In this document: positions 34,843-44,211 of the stretch, piece after piece
Layout of the letters: each line of letters starts with the position of its first letter
Position numbering within the stretch: the stretch's first letter is position 1
From: Deltaproteobacteria bacterium
GTDB lineage: Bacteria > Myxococcota_A > Polyangia > GCA-2747355 > JADLHG01
Direction: 5' to 3'
NCBI GenBank assembly: GCA_020848905.1
Contig: JADLHG010000020.1
Location: 8,230-72,229, forward strand
DNA length: 64,000 nt
Translations under genes and position numbers: made by a program
Notes under the pieces: generated by a model
The model's database searches: none
What the model was told of the DNA's origin: nothing
The model's input: the letters and a program-made list of their open reading frames with translations, nothing else

Positions 34843-37665
34843 CTACGGCCCGCAGGTGAGCAGGAACGGCCTCTGCGCGCCGCCCATCGTTCCCATGCCG
34901 ACGATGTGCCCTTTCTTGTTGATGGCGAGGGCACGGACGAGGGACCAGCCCGCGCCGGCGGGGAGCAGGCCGTTGAGGTCTTCGAGCTTTCCGTCCTTCC
35001 AGCGTACGGCCCGCTTCACCGATTCTCCGACGATCACCCCCGCGTCGTTGACGCCGTGGGCAATGCTGATGTCACCGCCGGGGAGCACCGTCATGCCGCC
35101 GCCCGACCAAGAGGCTGCACGTCCCTCCCCGGAGAAGTTGCTCACGACGCCCACGACGAGCCCTGACGCGTTGATGCCGTTGGCGCTGCTGAGCCTCCAG
35201 TCTCCAGATCCCGCACCCAGATCCTGAACCCCTCCGCCGCTGAAGAGGCACGCGTGCGCGTCGGGGCCGACACCGGGCGCCGCCGGCAGATTGGCCTGTC
35301 CCACCACCTGATCCGCCTCGTTCAGCGCGTGGCCCTGGCTGTTGTCGCTGAGCGTGCCCAGGTCCGTGACGCTGCCGCCGGTCCAGAGAACGGCGTGCGA
35401 GAAGCCCGTGCTCAGCGCGGCCCGGCCGGCTACATGGCCCGCTTGGTTGATGGCGTAGGCCACGGCCACGTTTCCGCCGAGCGTCCCGAGGTCCTGCATC
35501 GCCCCGTTGTGCCATATGAACGCGCGCTGCGTTCCGCTGCTCGACGTCGACGTACCCACCACGTCCTTGGCGTCGTTGATGCCTAGGGCTCGGCTGGTCG
35601 ATCCACCGAGGGTGCCCAGGTCCCGCATCGTGCCGTTGTCCCAGAGGAAGGCGTGCTCGTTACTCCCGCTGCTCGCGTAGCACCAGCCGGCGACCTGTCC
35701 GGTGTTGTTGAGCGCCTGGGCGGTGCAATCCCCGCCGAGCGTGCCCAGGTCCTTGATCACGCACGAGGAGCCCTTGCCGAGCTCGAGCGCCAGGTTGTCG
35801 AAGGGCAGGAGCCGCGTCATGACGAAGGCCGAGAAGTCGCTCGTCTGCCCGACGTCGGTCGCGGTGAACGGGAGGGCGAAGCTCGTCTGCCCCGCCGTGG
35901 CGGTCGCGCGGCCCGCCTCGACGAAGGAGGAGGTGCCGACCTTGCGCACCAGGATGATGTCCTTCACGTTGTAAGGCCCCACCGTGGGCGGAAACGTGAC
36001 CGTCGCGGGGTCGAGCTCGACGGTGAAGGTGACCTTGTCTCCGGCGACGAAGCTGCCCCGATCGGCGGTCAGCGTGCCCTTGGGAGACTCCGCGAGCGGC
36101 CTCGACGACTGGAGCTCGAGGATCGTGATGTCCGTGATGCCGAACTGGCCGAGCATCTTGGGCAGGTCCACGCCCACGCTCCCCTTGCTCACCAGGGACA
36201 GTTTGTAGGACGACGCGTAGGCGGGGTCCGCGAGCTGGTCGCCCCACGGCGCGAAGCTGCCCTCGAGCGTCGGCCCGTAGCGCAGGGAGAACGGGGTAAG
36301 GCGCAGCCGCTTGAAGATCGGGTTGCCGAGGCCGACCTTGGCCAGACCGAACACGGCGAAGCTGGCATCTACCCGCAGGTCGTTGGTCGTGGGTTTCTTC
36401 CAGACCGGCTCGGCGCTGGCGCTCGCCGTCAGGCTGCGTACGAACTCGCAGTTGGTTCCTTTCGGACAGGCGACGCCGAGCTCCGCCTGCGCCTTGGCCT
36501 CCGCCTTGGCGCCCACGACCAGGTTCGTCAGCGCCACCTTGCCGCCGAGCTCGACGCCGACGCTGAGGGGGATCACCACGGACACCACCCAGGAGAGCGC
36601 CCCCGCGATGGGAATGCGGAGCTCGAAGAACTCCCGCGTGCACGACACGGTGCCCTGAAAGCCGAGCGCCACGGTGAGGCTGCCGTCCAAGGTCGCGCCG
36701 AGGTCTCCCTTGGCGACCAGCCGTTCGAGGCCCACGCCGGAGGTGTAGACGAAGTCGAGGCTGAGGTTGCGGTTGATGCTGACCGCGGGGGCCGTGCCGA
36801 GCGTGACCGGCCACTGGCTCACCCCCGTGGCGTCGAGCTCGCACTCGTCGAAGGGCGGCATCTTGAAGGAGAGCTTCGTGGCCTGCCGCTCGCCGGTCGC
36901 CCCGCTCGAGGCGGCGTCCGCCTTGGGCCGAGGCTTGAAGCGGATCGTGGACCCCTCGCGCGTGATCTCGTAGGCGTCCTTGAGGTCCGAGGCGATCTCG
37001 GGCTCGACGGTCGAGAGGTCGAAGACCTCCTTGATGCTCAGGTGAGGCAGGAGCTCCTTGACGGGCACGACCGCGAGCGTGACTCGCACCTGGTCGCCGT
37101 CCCGCTGCGCGGAGACGACCTTGCCGCCGACGGGCTTGGCCTCGAGACCGATCACCAGAGTGCCCGGCGGCGGCGCGTCCACGCCGGCGAGTACGACCTC
37201 GTAGGTGGCGCCGGTCACGGGTGCGGCGCTGGGGTCGATCGCCCTCGGGTCCCCGACGAGCTGGGCGTCCGTCACCGCGAGCGCGCCCGGGGGCAACGCC
37301 GTGACGGCCACCAGGAGCGGCGGGGAGGTCACGCCCTGGGCCTCGGCGACGAGCTGACTCGCGCCGTTCTGCACCTGGGCCGTGATCATTCCCTGCCCGT
37401 CGACGGCGATGCTGGCCGGTGTGGTCGAGCGCCACGAGATGGGCGGCGCGGCCACAACGCGACCTTCGGCGTCGTACGCGTTCACCGCGAGCTGTCGCTT
37501 CGCCCCCGCGGCCGTGAGGAGCAGCCCCTTAGGGACGATCTCGAGGCGCGCGACCGGACCCGCGGGTCCCGTCGAAGCGTCCTTGCAGCCGACGAGCCCG
37601 GCGACAAGCCCGAGCGAAGACAGGTTGACTACGACCCACCACTGCCACGTCCCCCGGATGCGCAT
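34843..37665 (-). CDS. large surface lipoprotein with a Big_2-like Ig domain and C-terminal HAF repeats
   Basis: Lipobox LVAGLVGC. The N-terminal region resembles a bacterial Ig-like domain. The C-terminal third contains at least 7 repeats of DLGTLGG..S.A.GIN..G.VVG (the HAF-type extracellular repeat). It converges on the pncB stop with only 1 bp between the stop codons. Confidence 0.65.
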   Translation of the reverse strand: MRIRGTWQWWVVVNLSSLGLVAGLVGCKDASTGPAGPVARLEIVPKGLLLTAAGAKRQLAVNAYDAEGRVVAAPPISWRSTTPASIAVDGQGMITAQVQNGASQLVAEAQGVTSPPLLVAVTALPPGALAVTDAQLVGDPRAIDPSAAPVTGATYEVVLAGVDAPPPGTLVIGLEAKPVGGKVVSAQRDGDQVRVTLAVVPVKELLPHLSIKEVFDLSTVEPEIASDLKDAYEITREGSTIRFKPRPKADAASSGATGERQATKLSFKMPPFDECELDATGVSQWPVTLGTAPAVSINRNLSLDFVYTSGVGLERLVAKGDLGATLDGSLTVALGFQGTVSCTREFFELRIPIAGALSWVVSVVIPLSVGVELGGKVALTNLVVGAKAEAKAQAELGVACPKGTNCEFVRSLTASASAEPVWKKPTTNDLRVDASFAVFGLAKVGLGNPIFKRLRLTPFSLRYGPTLEGSFAPWGDQLADPAYASSYKLSLVSKGSVGVDLPKMLGQFGITDITILELQSSRPLAESPKGTLTADRGSFVAGDKVTFTVELDPATVTFPPTVGPYNVKDIILVRKVGTSSFVEAGRATATAGQTSFALPFTATDVGQTSDFSAFVMTRLLPFDNLALELGKGSSCVIKDLGTLGGDCTAQALNNTGQVAGWCYASSGSNEHAFLWDNGTMRDLGTLGGSTSRALGINDAKDVVGTSTSSSGTQRAFIWHNGAMQDLGTLGGNVAVAYAINQAGHVAGRAALSTGFSHAVLWTGGSVTDLGTLSDNSQGHALNEADQVVGQANLPAAPGVGPDAHACLFSGGGVQDLGAGSGDWRLSSANGINASGLVVGVVSNFSGEGRAASWSGGGMTVLPGGDISIAHGVNDAGVIVGESVKRAVRWKDGKLEDLNGLLPAGAGWSLVRALAINKKGHIVGMGTMGGAQRPFLLTCGP

Positions 37666-37696
37666 CCGGCAAAGGTCGTATACCGTGCGGGACGGG

Positions 37697-38038
37697 TCAA
37701 GGGGCGATGAAGGCGTCCTGACCCGGGGACGACACCCCTCCGTCGCCCGGCTTCCCCTTGGGCTTCGACCCCGGCGGCACGTGCGGGTCCTTCTGGCTCC
37801 CCGGATTCACGCGGGAGTCCGGGGCCGGCGGCGGCGGGCTCGACGGGATCGTCCCCGGGGAGGACGGGTCGGTGGCCGGGTCGGTCGCTACGCCTGCCTC
37901 GCACGGGGCTTCCGGCGTGCATTCCACGACGCGGGTGCGGCTCCCGCGCGGCGCCGGGTCGGGCAGGTCCCCGGCGCACCCACCCGTCGAGACTCCCAAA
38001 GCGAGCGCGGCAATACGGAACCAGGAGGAAAAGACCAT
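37697..38038 (-). CDS. possible small Pro-rich lipoprotein
   Basis: Internal Met gives MVFSSWFRIAALALGVSTGGCAGD (lipobox) followed by a P/S/G-rich tail. The composition is partly like the surrounding artefact ORFs, so confidence is low. Confidence 0.3.
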   Translation of the reverse strand: MVFSSWFRIAALALGVSTGGCAGDLPDPAPRGSRTRVVECTPEAPCEAGVATDPATDPSSPGTIPSSPPPPAPDSRVNPGSQKDPHVPPGSKPKGKPGDGGVSSPGQDAFIAP

Positions 38039-38184
38039 GCGGCGCCATGGAGGTGCAAACCATGTGCCCCCGGCCCTCGGCAGCTCGGAGCTCGCGATCC
38101 CGATAGGTTGGCGTTCACCTTCCCGTCGACCGGCACCCCCGCGTCGCGCCACGGGCGGCGCCTGCGCGCCGGATCTGGCGTGAC

Positions 38185-38220
38185 GGGGGCTGGCGGGGGC
38201 TGGCGGGGGCTGGCGGGGGC
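38185..38220. repeat. 10-bp tandem repeat (GGGGGCTGGC) x 3.6
   Basis: Direct reading of gacgggggctggcgggggctggcgggggctggcgggggcttcg. Intergenic, about 90 bp upstream of the OmpA-family gene. Confidence 0.6.
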
Positions 38221-38310
38221 TTCGCAGAGCCGCTGGGCGGCGCGACACGCACTACCCCGACGCGCGCGCTCGGCGTATGCTCCGCGCGCCTTAGCCAAAG
38301 GAGCCCTAGC

Positions 38311-39102
38311 ATGTCCCGTCGCACATCTATCTCGTTTCTTCCCGTGCTCGCTGCAGCGCTCGCCGTGGGCTGCGGCATCCCCGAGGAGGAGCACAACAAG
38401 ACGCTCGATCAGCTCAAGAACCTGCGAGCCAACCTGGCCGCCGAGCAGAAGTCCTGCGCCGAGGCCAAGAGCGAGCTCGAGACGAAGCACAAGAAGCTGG
38501 ACGAGCAGGCGCGGAAGATGCGCGCCAAGCTCATCTCGCTCGGGCAGGACCTCACGGCCAGCGGGGTGGCGATCACGCAGAAGGAGCAGCAGATCGCCGA
38601 GCTCCTCAAGGCGCAGGAGCAGGCCAAGCAGCGCGCTGCCTTCTACGCCGGCCTCGTGGCCAAGTTCAAGCAGATGATCGACTCGGGCAAGCTCAAGGTG
38701 GAGGTGCGCTCGGGCAAGATGATCGTGAAGATGAGCGACCAGATCCTCTTCGACCCGGGCAAGGCCAAGCTGAAGAAGGAGGGCTCCGTCGCGCTGCTCG
38801 AGGTCGCGCGCATCCTGGGCACGATCCCCGATCGCGCGTTCCAGGTGGCCGGCCACACCGACAACGTGCCGATCAAGACGGCGCAGTTCGCCTCGAACTG
38901 GGAGCTCTCCACCGCGCGCGCCGCGAACGTGGTCAAGTTCATGTCCGACAACGGGCTCGACCCGAAGCGCCTCTCCGCGGCGGGCTACGCCGAGCACGAC
39001 CCGGTGGCGGGCAACGACACGCCGGCGGGGCGGCAGCTCAATCGCCGCATCGAGATCACGCTCATGCCGAACCTGGACGAGCTGCCCAAGATCGGGGAGT
39101 AG
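38311..39102 (+). CDS. OmpA/MotB-family lipoprotein with an N-terminal coiled coil
   Basis: Lipobox LAVGCG. A coiled-coil segment, then an OmpA C-terminal-like domain: AGHTDNVPI...FASNWELSTARAANVVKFM...GYAEHDPVAGNDTPAGRQLNRRIEI. Confidence 0.75.
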   Translation: MSRRTSISFLPVLAAALAVGCGIPEEEHNKTLDQLKNLRANLAAEQKSCAEAKSELETKHKKLDEQARKMRAKLISLGQDLTASGVAITQKEQQIAELLKAQEQAKQRAAFYAGLVAKFKQMIDSGKLKVEVRSGKMIVKMSDQILFDPGKAKLKKEGSVALLEVARILGTIPDRAFQVAGHTDNVPIKTAQFASNWELSTARAANVVKFMSDNGLDPKRLSAAGYAEHDPVAGNDTPAGRQLNRRIEITLMPNLDELPKIGE

Positions 39103-39147
39103 CTCGGTGCGCGCCGCTCGGTCGTCGGTGGTGCCACGACACCGGAG

Positions 39148-39561
39148 CTAGAACCGAGAATGGGGGCGGCTGGCGACGATCCAGCCGATGCGGGCGGCGG
39201 CGATAGATGCCATGAGGAACGTGATGCCTCCGAAGAGGTACAGCTCGCCGGTAGTGCTAGCCTCGTAGGCGTGCTTCGTCGCGCTGGCGAACAACCACCC
39301 GTACGCTCCCACTCCGATCGTCTTCAGCCACCACGGCGTCTGCGCCGTCGTGCCGAGCCGAGCCGGCCGGCTCTCGGCGCGGCCGAGGGCGCCCGTCGCG
39401 AGACGTCCCACGAACTGCTGACCGCGCTGCACGAGGCCCGACACGATCGGCGTCGGCCCGCCCCGCTGTTGCCCCTTGATCGCGTACGCGGGCGGCGCGA
39501 GAAACCCACCGATGAGCAGCGCGCAAACGGCCGCGGAACCGACGGACGCCGAACGAGTCAT
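39148..39561 (-). CDS. small secreted protein, copy A1 of a duplicated module
   Basis: Signal peptide MTRSASVGSAAVCALLIGGFLAPPAYA. Paralog of 41008..41388. Both share an identical 5' region (gtcatgaccaacctccagggtctgacgggtg) that includes a GGAGG SD. Confidence 0.5.
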   Translation of the reverse strand: MTRSASVGSAAVCALLIGGFLAPPAYAIKGQQRGGPTPIVSGLVQRGQQFVGRLATGALGRAESRPARLGTTAQTPWWLKTIGVGAYGWLFASATKHAYEASTTGELYLFGGITFLMASIAAARIGWIVASRPHSRF

Positions 39562-39898
39562 GACCAACCTCCAGGGTCTGACGGGTGAGCTGCAAACCGG
39601 GTAACCACTGTCCCTGATGCAACGGGCGATCCAGAGCCACGAGGGGCTCGGGAGCCCGCGCTTGCGCGGTGTTGGCCCTGGTGGTGCGCCTCGAGGTGGC
39701 GGGCCGCCCCGCCGGCTGCTGGCTACCCGTCTCGTCGATCGGTCGTGCTCGCGCGCTCGAGAGCGCGGGCGGCTTCCGGCGGCCATCCAGGCCACGGCCA
39801 ACATCTGATGGCATTCATGCGTTCTCACGGCCTTGCGCGGGCCGGAGGCTGGCCCCGGGCTTGCTATAGGTCCTCCGTACAGACCTCGGAGAACGATC

Positions 39899-40450
39899 AT
39901 GGTACGGACGCTCGTCCTCGGCGCCGCGTGTGCGCTCTTCATCAGCTCGTCGGCGCTCGCGGCCGAGACGAGCTCCTCGCCGCGGCGTTACACCGTGTTT
40001 TCCGTGCTGCGCGGCTTCACGCGCCTGCCGCGCCATCTCCCCGGGCCGGTGAAGGTGGCCGCGCGCTGGGGGACGGGTCTGCTGGCCTATAGCTATCTCA
40101 CCGCGCAGGGCGTCCATCCCGCCGTGGCAGGAGGCGGCTCGTATCTCGCGGGCGAGGTGGTCCATCAGCTGACGAAGAAGGCCCCGCGCTCTTCCACGGC
40201 GCATGCTGGGCACGAGCTCGCCGCGGTGGGGATCGCGACCCTCTTCACGGGGGCGCTCTCCGGCCTCATCGATGCAGTGGGGAGCCTCGGCTCGGGAGGC
40301 GATCCGATGGTCATGCTGCAGTCCAGCACGGCCTTCGTCTCCGGCCTCGTCTCGAAGTTCATCGCCAAGGCGTATATCGACTACCACCTCGGTCCGAAGG
40401 GGGCGGAGCGTCGGGCCGAGAGAGCGCGGAAGCGCCGCTTCGGCATCTGA
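39899..40450 (+). CDS. hypothetical Gly/Ala-rich secreted or membrane protein (B1), divergent from A1
   Basis: Signal-like MVRTLVLGAACALFISSSALAA. Hydrophobic Gly/Ala-rich body with a K/R-rich C-terminus. Confidence 0.4.
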   Translation: MVRTLVLGAACALFISSSALAAETSSSPRRYTVFSVLRGFTRLPRHLPGPVKVAARWGTGLLAYSYLTAQGVHPAVAGGGSYLAGEVVHQLTKKAPRSSTAHAGHELAAVGIATLFTGALSGLIDAVGSLGSGGDPMVMLQSSTAFVSGLVSKFIAKAYIDYHLGPKGAERRAERARKRRFGI

Positions 40451-40466
40451 CGGTCAGGAGGGGGCG

Positions 40467-40829
40467 CTACCGACGGCCCCCGGTCCAGAAGCTGCTCCAG
40501 GCCTGCATCGCCGCGATGGACCACTGCACGTTGGCCACGTACATGGCGGCGTAGCTCTGCGCCAGATCCCCGAGCCCGCCGAAGTGCACCGTGTTCTCGT
40601 TCACGTTCACGTTGCTCCCCACGATGACCGCACCTCGCAGGGTGCTCGGTGCGCCGAGCCGCCGGTTCTGCGGCCGCTGCCCGAAGGTGACGTGGTTGCG
40701 GTTCACGTTGAGATTCGCGCCCACGACGGTGATCCCGAGCTGGGCCTTCTTGCCTTCGTTGGCGTGCGCCACCGCCGGTCCGACGGTGAACCCAAGACCA
40801 ACGAGCAGAACGAGAAAGTGTCTTCGCAT
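40467..40829 (-). CDS. small secreted protein with internal N/V-rich repeats
   Basis: Signal peptide MRRHFLVLLVGLGFTVGPAVAHA. Repeated VxGxNxNVNxNxVxFG units (ITVVGANLNVNRNHVTFG / AVIVGSNVNVNENTVHFGG). Confidence 0.45.
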   Translation of the reverse strand: MRRHFLVLLVGLGFTVGPAVAHANEGKKAQLGITVVGANLNVNRNHVTFGQRPQNRRLGAPSTLRGAVIVGSNVNVNENTVHFGGLGDLAQSYAAMYVANVQWSIAAMQAWSSFWTGGRR

Positions 40830-41007
40830 GACAGAGCGTGCCTCCCGGAGGTTCCTGGCCCCCGGAGGGGCAAGGCCCGCGCCAGTACCGCGTTGCGTAA
40901 TTTCGACGACTTAGGGAGGGACGGGTCTCCGAAGGTCTACGCCTTCGACCCGTGATGCGCGCGATCTCGGACCGCGATCTCGGACGGACCGCGATCTCGG
41001 ACCGCGC

Positions 41008-41388
41008 CTAATGCCGGAGCTTCGAGGCGAGGTAGGCGAAGAGGACGCCCGACCCGAAGAGACCGGAGAAGATCATCCCGCCGTCATGGAGCACGAGCCC
41101 GTTCTTCAGGGTGCTCCCCGCGAGCCAAGCCCAAAGACCCATCCCGGCGATCTTGAGGAGCGGGTGCACCTGCGCCGTCGTGCCGAGGCGGGCCGACCTG
41201 CTCTCGGCCCCCGCGAGGGACCGCATCGCGAGGCGGTCGACCGCCTGGCGCCCGCGCTGCGCGAGGCTCCCGACCATCTGGGTGATGCCCCCCTTCGTCC
41301 CGCCCAGCGCGTAGGCGGGGGGTGCGAGGAAGCAGCCGATGAGCAGGGCGCACACGGCCACGGAACCGAGAGACGACGGACGAGTCAT
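41008..41388 (-). CDS. small secreted protein, copy A2 of a duplicated module
   Basis: Signal peptide MTRPSSLGSVAVCALLIGCFLAPPAYA with a shared RLGTTAQ motif. The 5'UTR/SD block matches the A1 copy. Confidence 0.5.
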   Translation of the reverse strand: MTRPSSLGSVAVCALLIGCFLAPPAYALGGTKGGITQMVGSLAQRGRQAVDRLAMRSLAGAESRSARLGTTAQVHPLLKIAGMGLWAWLAGSTLKNGLVLHDGGMIFSGLFGSGVLFAYLASKLRH

Positions 41389-41729
41389 GACCAACCTCCA
41401 GGGTCTGACGGGTGGAACACAAGGTCGTTAGCGACCGCCTCCTGTGCAACTGGCATTCCAGAGACACGAGGGTCGCGGGATCTCGCGCTGGCGCGGAGTT
41501 GGCTGTTGCGGCGCGCCTCGAGGTGGCCGCCAGCCATGCTGGCAGCTGGCTACCGGCGTCGGGGATCGACCGCCGTCGGACGACGGCCGGGCCGGATCTC
41601 TTGCGATACGCTTCTCGTAGCGGCTACCCGAGCCACCCTGCCCGATCCCCCTCGCGTGCTGCATCAAAGGCTTGGGCCTGGCGTGAGGGTTGCACCCGGC
41701 CCGCGCGAACCTCAGAAAGGACGTGAGCG

Positions 41730-42221
41730 ATGCGACGACCGTTGTCGGCGTTGGTGCTGGGCTTGAGCTTGTTCTCCGTGGCGACCGCTTACGCGAAGAC
41801 CCCCGCGCAGCAGGCGCCAGGAGGCCGGGGGGCGTGGCTCGTCCGGCCCGTCACCGCCGTGAAGCGCTTCGTCTCCAACCACGAGAGGCCGTTGCGCCGC
41901 ACGGTCGCCCTCGGTGGATTGGTGCTCACGGCGCTCGGGATCGGCGCCGCGGCGCACGAGCTGAACCCGCTCATCAGCGCGCCGATGGCCGTAGGGGGCG
42001 CTAACCTCGCCCTTCTCGCTACGAACAGCGACCTCGGGACCAAGGCGGGACGCACGGCCATCGGGCTCGGTGTGGCCTCCACGCTGCTCGCGACGGCCAC
42101 GGCGGGCCTCGTTCAGCTCCACCAGTGGTATACCGACGGTCTTGCTCTTCTCACGGGCATCTTCTCCTTCGGCACCTTCATGGGTAACTTCCACGCTCCC
42201 GGCACGATGATGCGGCTCTAG
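41730..42221 (+). CDS. hypothetical Gly/Ala-rich secreted or membrane protein (B2), divergent from A2
   Basis: Signal-like MRRPLSALVLGLSLFSVATAYA. Gly/Ala-rich hydrophobic body, weakly similar to B1 (shared AHEL, Gly-rich helices). Confidence 0.4.
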   Translation: MRRPLSALVLGLSLFSVATAYAKTPAQQAPGGRGAWLVRPVTAVKRFVSNHERPLRRTVALGGLVLTALGIGAAAHELNPLISAPMAVGGANLALLATNSDLGTKAGRTAIGLGVASTLLATATAGLVQLHQWYTDGLALLTGIFSFGTFMGNFHAPGTMMRL

Positions 42222-42278
42222 AGCGCCGGCCCGCTCCTACCTCTTGTGAGCGTCGCTCGCTCGGGCGAGACTGCCGGC

Positions 42279-42584
42279 ATGCGGACGCTCCTCCTGGTGC
42301 TTGCTCTCTGCGGCACGCTTGCGGCGTGCGGTAGCTCGAACCCGACCGATGGGGGCAGTACGAGCGGGGATGGGCACGCGCAGCGCGACGGCCTCCTCGT
42401 GCCCGATGGGACCGGTGGCGCCGACACCGGCGGCTCGGGCTCGTGCGGTCCGGGGTCCTGCGCCGGCTGCTGTCAGGACGGGATCTGTGTCGACGGCACC
42501 CGCCTCTCGTCCTGCGGGAGCGGCGGCGTGAAGTGCTCGCTCTGCGCGCCGCCGAAGAAGTGCGGCACCGGCACCTGCCGCTAA
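42279..42584 (+). CDS. small Cys/Gly-rich lipoprotein
   Basis: Lipobox LAACGSS, followed by a G/S/D/C-rich 80 aa (GSCGPGSCAGCCQDGICVDG...KCGTGTC). Confidence 0.45.
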   Translation: MRTLLLVLALCGTLAACGSSNPTDGGSTSGDGHAQRDGLLVPDGTGGADTGGSGSCGPGSCAGCCQDGICVDGTRLSSCGSGGVKCSLCAPPKKCGTGTCR

Positions 42585-43996
42585 GCGTCGTCACCTCGGC
42601 TGCGATGCAGCTCGTCCGAAGGGATCGCCCGTGCGCGTCGCTGCCCCGAGCGGCGCATCGCGGCGATGAGCAGAGCTCCCCAGAGGAGCAGGAGGGCCTG
42701 CGAGGTCGGCGGCGCTGACGGGGTCACCGCGCAGCCGCCCACCTCTTCCTCTGGGTCCCCGCCCACTACGCGCAGGGTGAAGGACACCTCGCGTGCCCGG
42801 CCGAGGTCGTCCGCTGCGCGGATCTTCAGGGTGTGCGGCCCAGGGGTGAGGTTCCACAGCTCGACCCCCCAGGCGCCGGGAAGCTCCTCGGGCCCCGTCT
42901 GCCAGACGAGCCGCCCGTCGCGGAGCACCTGCAGGCTGCGGAGGTGGGCGCTGCCGCGAATGCGGAACCGCACCGTGTACGCGGGGTCGAGCGAGAGGTC
43001 GGTCGAGGTGACGGAGATCTCCGGTCCCTCCGAGGCCGCGGCGCCGGGCTGGCCCTGCGGTGGCGCCGGTGTCGTGGGCGGCTCGGGTGCGACGGGAGGG
43101 ACCCGCGTCAGCTGGTCGCCGATCCAGCCCCGGGCCACGTCGATTCGCGCGTCGAAGCCGGTGCTGAGGTCCGTCTGCCCGAGAGGCAGAATCCAGAGCT
43201 TCTTCTCCTGCAGCAGGGTGCAGGTGCCAAGGGAGTGCACCCCCACCAGGCGGTCCTTCCCGTCCACGGTGGAGAGCGTCGGTCCCCCCGAGTCGCCGTC
43301 GCAGGTCGTGCCGTCCTTCTGCGTCGCCCCGACGAAGTGGAAGGTGTTCGTCCCCACGCCCTCGATCGTGTTCCGAGCCGCGCGCAGCGTGTCGCCGTCG
43401 CGGCGCTCCTTCTCCGTCACCCCCGTGCCGTAGATCGTCACCGGCTGGCCGGCCAGCGGCGCGACGGGCGAGAGAGGGACGGGCTCGGCACCGCCCTCCT
43501 CGGCCCGCGCCAGATGCGCCACCGCGAGGTCGAAGGCGCTCACGCGAAAGGGAAACGTCTGGCCGTCGATGGTCACGTTCTCGAGGAGCGCACCGGCTTC
43601 GTCCCGAGCGCGGAACTGCGGGTGCACCGCCATCGCCACCACGGGGTTCAGCTCCGCCGGCGAGCCGGCCACGCCGTCGCGGTTCCAGAAGAAGGCCTGC
43701 ACCCCGTCGAGGGGGTCCTTGCTGCTCCGCGCCAGGCAGTGCGCGGCGGTCAGGAGCGTGCGGGGACCGAGCAGGCTCGCCGTGCAAGTGGTGACGACGC
43801 CCAGCCGCTTCACCACGAGAGTCCCGACGGCGGGGTGCTGGACGGCGCTGCCTCCGGTGATGGCCTGCTCCGCCGAGCCGAGGCCGTCGGAGGCGGTGCA
43901 ACCTCCCGTTCCCACCGTTGCGACCGCCAGTCCGAGCAGGACCAGACGCCGCGGCCTCTGCCGCCCTGCCGTGGTCGTCGAGGAATCGTTCCGCAT
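42581..43996 (-). CDS. secreted trypsin-like (S1 family) serine protease with a MYXO-CTERM-like C-terminal anchor
   Basis: Signal/lipobox MRNDSSTTTAGRQRPRRLVLLGLAVATVGTGGC. Catalytic His motif LTAAHC and Ser motif CDGDSGGP. C-terminal GGCAVTPSAPP + LLLLWGALLIAAMRRSGQRR. The 537-aa track ORF over-extends upstream of ATG 43996. Confidence 0.75.
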   Translation of the reverse strand: MRNDSSTTTAGRQRPRRLVLLGLAVATVGTGGCTASDGLGSAEQAITGGSAVQHPAVGTLVVKRLGVVTTCTASLLGPRTLLTAAHCLARSSKDPLDGVQAFFWNRDGVAGSPAELNPVVAMAVHPQFRARDEAGALLENVTIDGQTFPFRVSAFDLAVAHLARAEEGGAEPVPLSPVAPLAGQPVTIYGTGVTEKERRDGDTLRAARNTIEGVGTNTFHFVGATQKDGTTCDGDSGGPTLSTVDGKDRLVGVHSLGTCTLLQEKKLWILPLGQTDLSTGFDARIDVARGWIGDQLTRVPPVAPEPPTTPAPPQGQPGAAASEGPEISVTSTDLSLDPAYTVRFRIRGSAHLRSLQVLRDGRLVWQTGPEELPGAWGVELWNLTPGPHTLKIRAADDLGRAREVSFTLRVVGGDPEEEVGGCAVTPSAPPTSQALLLLWGALLIAAMRRSGQRRARAIPSDELHRSRGDDA

Positions 43997-44211
43997 TCCG
44001 GGCCCTCCGCTGCGAGCTGCGACCTGGCGCGGGCACGGCCCAGGTCTCGCCGCGAGACGCAGTGCAAGGGGCGCACCCTCCCTCGGCCCCGCTTCCACGA
44101 TTGGCGTTGCTGCGCCGCGCCGGCGATGGCAGATTCGGCGCCGGCTCCGCGCCCGCAGGCCATGGTTCGCGGCGCATAGCCGGCACGCATCCAACCTCCG
44201 GAGAGGCGCTC

